Shown piece by piece: positions 58,412 to 64,000 of a DNA stretch of 64,000 nt. Source of the stretch: Spirochaetales bacterium (lineage in GTDB: Bacteria > Spirochaetota > Spirochaetia > JABEVK01). Location of the stretch: assembly GCA_037142615.1 (NCBI GenBank), contig JBAXAI010000001.1, positions 461,686 through 525,685 of the forward strand. Reading direction: 5' to 3'. Within the stretch, counting starts at the first letter, position 1. Each line of letters starts with the position of its first letter. Both the position numbers and the translations under genes were made by a program. The notes below the pieces were generated by a model, which made no database searches, was not told the DNA's origin, and was given only the letters and a program-made list of their open reading frames with translations.

Positions 58412-58986
58412 TTCGTGGCGTCGTACTTGTCCATTTCGGAAGAAAGCTCGTCATAGGCCTTCGAAGCGCGGAAGCGCTCGTAGAGCTTGGGATCGGTCTT
58501 CTTGACTTCGTCGATCATGGACTGGTTGGCGGCCTTGGGGTCGATGCCCATCAGCACGGATGCCGTGACTTTGTTGGCTTCCTTGGTATACATGACCAGG
58601 CCGAACTGCCGGATGCCGCTGAGCGACTGCTTGACGGCGGTCTTGAGGGCCCGCGAGAACGCGTCGTTGGTTTCTTGACCGTCTGAGGTCGAACCGGACA
58701 ACGACTCGGTGAACGACTTGGTAAGGCCTTCGACTTTCACGTTGAAAGTCTGGGCGACCTGGGCAGTCGCGTCGATAATCGCCTTCTGGCGGGCGATGTC
58801 CTGACGGCTGGCATTGTCGATGCCGATGCCTTGTCCGACAACGACGCCGCGCTCGGTCAACGTCTGGGCCTGCTCAGACAGTTTGGCAAACGGATCTGCC
58901 ATGGCGACCGGCATCGACGCACAGGCTGAGAGCGACAGGGCCACCAAGGCCGCAACCGCGACGAAAGCTCCACGGAACAACTTCAT
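58408..58986 (-). CDS. LPP20-family lipoprotein
   Basis: Lipobox LSA-C; GQGIG...ARQKAIIDATAQVAQTFNVKV; AAGGAGG RBS. Confidence 0.8.
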   Translation of the reverse strand: MKLFRGAFVAVAALVALSLSACASMPVAMADPFAKLSEQAQTLTERGVVVGQGIGIDNASRQDIARQKAIIDATAQVAQTFNVKVEGLTKSFTESLSGSTSDGQETNDAFSRALKTAVKQSLSGIRQFGLVMYTKEANKVTASVLMGIDPKAANQSMIDEVKKTDPKLYERFRASKAYDELSSEMDKYDATK

Positions 58987-59084
58987 TTTTCCCTCCTTAG
59001 GGTCTCTTCAGTATATCCACACACTCATCAAAAAAAAAGCGGGATTGACGAGCTTTGGATTCTAGCAAAAACTGTAGACGAATT

Positions 59085-60965
59085 ATGGCAGAAAATCCAT
59101 CCCCCGACGAATTGGTGCGGCGAGTGCTCGAAGGCGCGCTGGAGAGGACTCTGGCGTTCGTCCACGGAACCCGCATTGCAGTCAAGCTTGTTCCCGCTCC
59201 GGACGGACTCCCCGACGGGGTCGATGGAGTGACAGTGACACTCTTCTGCCTCGATGGACGTCGACCTGCCGTGTTGGCGTTTCCCCGGGCGGTGTGGCTG
59301 GCCTGGCAGCAAGCCTGGGACAAGTCGGTGGCCGATGAAAGTGAACACTCCGAACGCTCGCTCATGTTGCTCTTTACCGGCGCCCTCGACCGCTGGCAGT
59401 TGTTGGCACAACCCGGCGCACTTCCCGGCTTTCCGCTCCCCGGACTGTGGAGGAGCGAGGCAAGGCAAGCGTGGGTCAGAACTTCGGCAACCTACCACTG
59501 GTATGAAGTCAGTACCGAAAAACATCGGGCCTGGGTGGGGCTCGACAGTAGCATGCACCGCATCGGCAAAAGGCTTCTGCTCGAACCGTCTTTTCGCTCC
59601 CAGTTGAGAGAAGAAGTTCTCGGCGAAGCTTGCGGGCGTTTGGGGGCCCAAAGGTCGTGGCACCCCCCCGCCAGGAGCAAACTGAAGCTCAGCGAGACCT
59701 TTGTCCTGGGCCCGTGTCTGCTTCCCGTCTTCGGGCAAGGAGAGAGCGCCCTGGTCCCGCGGTTTGAAACTGCCGATTCGGACTCGCAAGACAGGGTTGG
59801 TGATCTTCTCTTTCTTTTCCAGTTCGGCTGGGACGGCCATAGTTATACGGTCGTCTACCGTCCTTACGTGCAGGGCGATATCCACGATTGGGAGGGTCTA
59901 GACAGGCAATTGGCGGGACGTTTGCTCCCCTTCTCGTCTTTGGTTGGGCGCCCTGCCGACCCCGAGTCATGGCAGCAGGCGACAAGTTTTCCGCCTGTTT
60001 CAGAGCACTGGCTCAAGATTCATGCCCAGCATATCCCTCAAGGTCCCGTGTGGGACATTTTTCTTCCTGCGGAACTGCTCAATGCCCTTTCCGTTTCCGG
60101 GGTGAGTCCATGGAACTGGAGTTGGCTTTCGGCCGGTGCCGACAACTTGCTTCACGTGTTCCTTCAGGTCAATGACCGTTTTCGCATTGGACCGCCGGTA
60201 GGCTTTGCTGAACGCGCGGGTCTGGACTGGAGCGTCGGCTGGTACGCTCAGACAGGCCAGAGTTCGCCGCCACCTGCAGGCATGACGGTAGCCGACCTGC
60301 TGGCGCAGGCTCCAGCCAAGGACAAGGTTCTTCTGATCCAGAACGTGTTGGTCGCGACTCCAAAACTGCAGCCCCTGCAGGGACTATTCACTTGGGCCGA
60401 AGAGGATCCCGAGGCCGGTTGGGTAAGCTTTCAGCTCGCAGGTTTTGATCGGGCCGGTTTTCGGACCCTTTTGCCGCAAGCCGCGCTCGAGGACTGGGAC
60501 AATAGCGGGCTGACGGGTCAAAGCCGCGAGGAACTTCGTGACCGGAATACCGAGGCGCTGGAAATCATCTGGGAGGCCTGGCGCAGGGGACGGCTGGAAC
60601 TCTCTGAACCTTCGGTCGATCTGTTGCGACTCGGCTTCGCCCAAGTTCGAAAAGCGTGGCGTGAGCGGCGGGCCCGTGAGCGCACAGCCGCCGGAATCGG
60701 GCCGGTGATGGCCAATCTGGGTTCTCGCCGTGACCTTGGAGCCGTCTTGCAACGGCCTGGTCCGCGGAGTCTTGCGTTGGCCTTGCTCTACGATGCTGAA
60801 GGTTCGACGCACGTACGCCGCTTGTGCACCCGGCGGTTCGCCGAGGAGTTTGAGGTGCAAACCGGACTCTGGAACGACCAGTTCCAGGAGGATGGACCCG
60901 ACCTCGAGGTTTTTGGCGAAGCCAGAGACCGAATCGAAGCCGAACTCCAACCCCCGGAAGGGTGA
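59085..60965 (+). CDS. Hypothetical protein with degenerate FliG C-terminal-like segments
   Basis: 626-aa ORF filling the gap to valS; see findings. Confidence 0.6.
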   Translation: MAENPSPDELVRRVLEGALERTLAFVHGTRIAVKLVPAPDGLPDGVDGVTVTLFCLDGRRPAVLAFPRAVWLAWQQAWDKSVADESEHSERSLMLLFTGALDRWQLLAQPGALPGFPLPGLWRSEARQAWVRTSATYHWYEVSTEKHRAWVGLDSSMHRIGKRLLLEPSFRSQLREEVLGEACGRLGAQRSWHPPARSKLKLSETFVLGPCLLPVFGQGESALVPRFETADSDSQDRVGDLLFLFQFGWDGHSYTVVYRPYVQGDIHDWEGLDRQLAGRLLPFSSLVGRPADPESWQQATSFPPVSEHWLKIHAQHIPQGPVWDIFLPAELLNALSVSGVSPWNWSWLSAGADNLLHVFLQVNDRFRIGPPVGFAERAGLDWSVGWYAQTGQSSPPPAGMTVADLLAQAPAKDKVLLIQNVLVATPKLQPLQGLFTWAEEDPEAGWVSFQLAGFDRAGFRTLLPQAALEDWDNSGLTGQSREELRDRNTEALEIIWEAWRRGRLELSEPSVDLLRLGFAQVRKAWRERRARERTAAGIGPVMANLGSRRDLGAVLQRPGPRSLALALLYDAEGSTHVRRLCTRRFAEEFEVQTGLWNDQFQEDGPDLEVFGEARDRIEAELQPPEG

Positions 60966-60969
60966 GCCA

Positions 60970-63612
60970 TCAGCCTTGCAATTCCTTTTGATACGCCATC
61001 AAGCGACGGATCGAATCTTGTGCCTCGGAAAGTTTCTTGCGCTCGCCTTCGACGATGTCTGCCGGAGCGCTGTTGACAAACGCCTGATTGGAAAGTTTGT
61101 TCTCGACACTTTGCACATATTGCTTCGTCTTGGTGAGAGTCTTTGCCAGTTTGTCGAGTTCCTTCGGAAGATCAATCACATCGCGCACCAGGACCCAAGT
61201 TTCGTAACCCTTGCCGACCACAGTGACCGTTCCATCTGGCTTGGGAGCACCAGCCGCAAACCCAAGGCGCTCGGATCCCGCAAACTGGGCTACCAGAGCC
61301 CGGTTTTGGTTCAGAAATGCCGCGTGAGCATAGTCCTTCTCGAGCGAAACGATCACTTCGATGTCTTTGGCAGGGTCGATGGCGAACTCGCTGCGGACCC
61401 GGCGGATACCGCCCACCAGGTCTTGGAGGGCGCCAAAGGCAGCCTCGGCTTCGGGATGATCGCGCTCGGTCATCGCAACGGGGTACGGGGCCGTCACCAG
61501 GCTGAAAGCGTGGCCGGGCAGTTTCTGGTAGATCTCTTCGGTGATGAAACTCAAAAAAGGATGCATGAGGCGAAGGGACTCCTCGAGCAAATGAACGAGC
61601 TTGCTGGCGGCCTGTTGCCGGCGTTTGGGGTCGTCGGCATAGAGTTCCAGCTTCGTCGCCTCGACGTACCAGTCGCAGAAGTCGTTCCAAAAGAACTCGT
61701 AAACCGTGTGGCCCATGTCGTTGTACTTGTAGGCGAGCATGGCCGTATCGACAGCTCGGATGGCCGCGTTGAGCCGTCCTTCGATCCAGAGGTCGACTCC
61801 GTTCTTGGACAGCTGTTCAGGTGGAAGAATCCCTTCGGTGGGAATGTTCATCAGAAGGTAGCGGCTGGCGTTCCAGATCTTGTTGGCGAACTTGGAGCCC
61901 AGCTTGAAGCCTTCCTTGTCGAGGTTGATGTCTTGGCCCTGACTCGAAAGGTACACCATCGTGAACTTGAGAGCGTCGGCCCCATACTCCGCGACAACTT
62001 CCAGAGGGTCGATGCCGTTGCCGAGACTCTTGGACATCTTGCGGCCCTTGGCGTCGCGCACCAGCGGCGTCATGTAGATGTCGCGGAACGGTGCCTTGCC
62101 GGTAAACTCCATCCCGGCCATCACCATGCGTGCCACCCAAAAGAAGATGATGTCGTAGGCAGTTACCACAGCGGTTGTAGGATAATATTTTGCTAGGTCA
62201 GGAGTTGCTTCAGGCCATCCCAACGTGCTGAACGGCCACAGCCAGCTCGAGAACCACGTGTCGAGCACATCAGGGTCTTGGGTGAGCGCTGTCTTGCCGC
62301 ACTTCTCGCAGGCGGTTGGTGCTTCCATTTTGACGTGGACCTGACCGCAGTCATCGCAGGTCCACACCGGAATCTGGTGGCCCCACCACAACTGGCGGCT
62401 GATGCACCAGTCGCGGATTCCTTCCATCCAGGTGGTGTAGGTGCTCTCGTAGCGTTTGGGGTAGAAGCGGATCTGGTCGGTTCGCAGGGCTTCCATGGCC
62501 TTCTCGGCGAGGGGTTTCATGCGCACAAACCATTGCTCCGAAAGGTAAGGCTCAACAACTGCCCCGGACCGTTGGGCGTGGCCCACCTGGTGCTTGTGAG
62601 GCACGGCTTCCACGAACAGACCCAGTTCGGTGAGTTCGGCAACGATCTTTTCGCGCGCGGCCTTTGTGGTCAGCCCCATGTAGCGTTCGGGCACGTTGGG
62701 GCCCAAGGTACCATCGGGGTTGAGGATATTGATCTGCGCCAGATTGTGACGTCGGCCGGCCTCGAAGTCGTTGGGGTCATGGGCGGGAGTGATCTTCACA
62801 GCGCCAGTACCGAACTCCTTGTCGACGAACCCGTCCGCAAGGAGGGGAATCTCCCGGTCGGCCACCGGGAGTTTGAGGAGTTTGCCGACGAGGCCCGCGT
62901 AACGTTCATCGGTAGGATGAACGGCCACCGCCACGTCACCCAAGAGCGTCTCAGGCCGCGTCGTGGCTAGCTGCACGAAGCCGCTTCCGTCGGCAAACGG
63001 GTAGCGGATGTGGTACAGAGCGCCCTGCACTTCCTTGTATTCAACCTCGTCGTCGCTGATCGCCGTCTGCGCCTCGGGGTCCCAGTTCACCAGATATCGG
63101 CCCTTGTAGATGAGGCCACGCTCGTACAGCGTCACAAACACATGGCGCACCGCGTGGTTGAGCCCCTCATCCATCGTGAAGCGCTCGCGCTTCCAGTCGA
63201 GGCTGGCCCCAATCTTTTTGAGTTGCTGACTGATGATGGCGTGGTGGTCCTCTTTGACCTTCCAGGTACGTTCAACAAACGCCTTTCGTCCCAAGTCGTA
63301 GCGGGATTTTCCTTCCTTGCGCAGCTGGTTCTCGACCACTTGCTGAGTCGCAATCCCCGCGTGGTCGGTCCCGGGCACCCACAGTGTCGGTCGCCCCTTC
63401 ATTCGCCAGTACCGCACCAACGCGTCCTGAAGGGAGTTGTTCAGACCATGGCCCATGTGGAGGACCCCGGTAACGTTCGGCGGAGGAATTGCGACCACAA
63501 AAGGTTCGCCTTCACCCCGAGGCGAGAACAAGTCGTTGTCCAGCCAAAACTGGTAGAGACGGTCTTCAAAGTCCGCAGGATTGTACGCTTTGGGCAGTTC
63601 GATCTGGCTCAT
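60970..63612 (-). CDS. valS: Valine--tRNA ligase
   Basis: PPPNVTGVLHMGH, DWCISRQLWWGH, KMSKS, C-terminal coiled coil. Confidence 0.99.
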   Translation of the reverse strand: MSQIELPKAYNPADFEDRLYQFWLDNDLFSPRGEGEPFVVAIPPPNVTGVLHMGHGLNNSLQDALVRYWRMKGRPTLWVPGTDHAGIATQQVVENQLRKEGKSRYDLGRKAFVERTWKVKEDHHAIISQQLKKIGASLDWKRERFTMDEGLNHAVRHVFVTLYERGLIYKGRYLVNWDPEAQTAISDDEVEYKEVQGALYHIRYPFADGSGFVQLATTRPETLLGDVAVAVHPTDERYAGLVGKLLKLPVADREIPLLADGFVDKEFGTGAVKITPAHDPNDFEAGRRHNLAQINILNPDGTLGPNVPERYMGLTTKAAREKIVAELTELGLFVEAVPHKHQVGHAQRSGAVVEPYLSEQWFVRMKPLAEKAMEALRTDQIRFYPKRYESTYTTWMEGIRDWCISRQLWWGHQIPVWTCDDCGQVHVKMEAPTACEKCGKTALTQDPDVLDTWFSSWLWPFSTLGWPEATPDLAKYYPTTAVVTAYDIIFFWVARMVMAGMEFTGKAPFRDIYMTPLVRDAKGRKMSKSLGNGIDPLEVVAEYGADALKFTMVYLSSQGQDINLDKEGFKLGSKFANKIWNASRYLLMNIPTEGILPPEQLSKNGVDLWIEGRLNAAIRAVDTAMLAYKYNDMGHTVYEFFWNDFCDWYVEATKLELYADDPKRRQQAASKLVHLLEESLRLMHPFLSFITEEIYQKLPGHAFSLVTAPYPVAMTERDHPEAEAAFGALQDLVGGIRRVRSEFAIDPAKDIEVIVSLEKDYAHAAFLNQNRALVAQFAGSERLGFAAGAPKPDGTVTVVGKGYETWVLVRDVIDLPKELDKLAKTLTKTKQYVQSVENKLSNQAFVNSAPADIVEGERKKLSEAQDSIRRLMAYQKELQG

Positions 63613-63620
63613 AGGCCAAG

Positions 63621-63649
63621 ATTATAGAGAAATGAGGACCACGCAACAA
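63621..63649 (-). promoter_or_regulatory. valS promoter, near-leaderless (TTGTTG-17-TATAAT-8-ATG)
   Basis: Perfect TATAAT; -35 lies inside the first repeat unit. Confidence 0.65.
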
Positions 63650-63946
63650 GCGAAGCGATGTTGGGCCCCAAAGGCGCAAGCCTCAACAAGCGAAGCGATG
63701 TTGGGCTCCAAAGGCGCAAGCCGCAACAAGCGAAGCGATGTTGTACCGTAAAGGCCGTCTCAGGGCCCACTCGTGGCCCCCGGCGAGCGAAGCAAAGCCG
63801 CGCTCCCCAGCGAGCGGGCCCCAGACAGCGAAGCCCGTCTGCGTTCAGCAACAGCAAGCCGCAACAAGCGAAGCGATGTTGGGCCCCAAAGGCGCAAGCC
63901 GCAACGAGCGAAGCGATGTTGTACCGTAAAGGCCGTCTCAGGGCCC
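63644..63946. repeat. REP-like palindromic repeat cluster built on GCGAAGC mini-hairpins
   Basis: Five copies of CAACAAGCGAAGCGATGTTG (63644, 63684, 63724, 63862, 63902 with one mismatch); 93-bp duplication 63676-63768 / 63854-63946. Confidence 0.9.
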
Positions 63947-64000
63947 TATGATGGCCCCCAGAGGCTGGACAGTGACCTAAGCAATTTGGTCTGATGTCCA

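Noticed and set aside
2170-63627. Long antisense or alternative-frame ORFs (e.g. 2170-3216, 6120-7415, 20858-22258, 30210-31715, 60730-62196)
   Set aside because: Shadow ORFs expected from high-GC codon bias, lying opposite well-supported genes and lacking motifs
63644-63946. CRISPR array
   Set aside because: Spacers are near-identical rather than unique, the 20+20 bp unit is too short, the period breaks, and there are no cas genes in the window
63609-63994. Short ORFs across the repeat region
   Set aside because: They are translations of the DNA repeat in several frames, with no RBS or protein-like features
63613-64000. T-box riboswitch upstream of valS
   Set aside because: No T-box GGTGGNACC motif on the minus strand, and a TATAAT 8 nt from the ATG leaves no leader

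Overview
Chromosomal core region of a high-GC spirochaete (Spirochaetales-like; inferred from flgG-flgJ without P/L-ring genes, flgN-flgK-flgL-fliW-csrA and a TPR protein beside mutL). It carries housekeeping genes (mutL, proBA, topA, recQ-like, pth, radC, deaD, queG, ahpC, valS, a tRNA with CAT anticodon), a PP2C/STAS/anti-sigma partner-switching module, a CheY-CheC-PAS kinase module and an MCP. No mobile element, prophage or CRISPR-Cas is evident. The points most worth follow-up are: (1) an unannotated 45-aa very basic protein in its own complete transcription unit; (2) many leaderless promoters, including a palindromic bidirectional one; (3) a ComFB gene coupled to a SprA-like giant protein and two paralogous barrel proteins; (4) an LPP20/FlgT-like, FecR and YfaP-like envelope operon plus a 2185-aa Ig-repeat protein with a candidate sigma28 promoter, lying between flgN-flgK-flgL and a tandem FliG-C-like gene; (5) a degenerate cyclase-STAND-TPR protein; (6) a GCGAAGC mini-hairpin repeat cluster upstream of valS. 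All family calls come from motif recognition by eye, not database searches.
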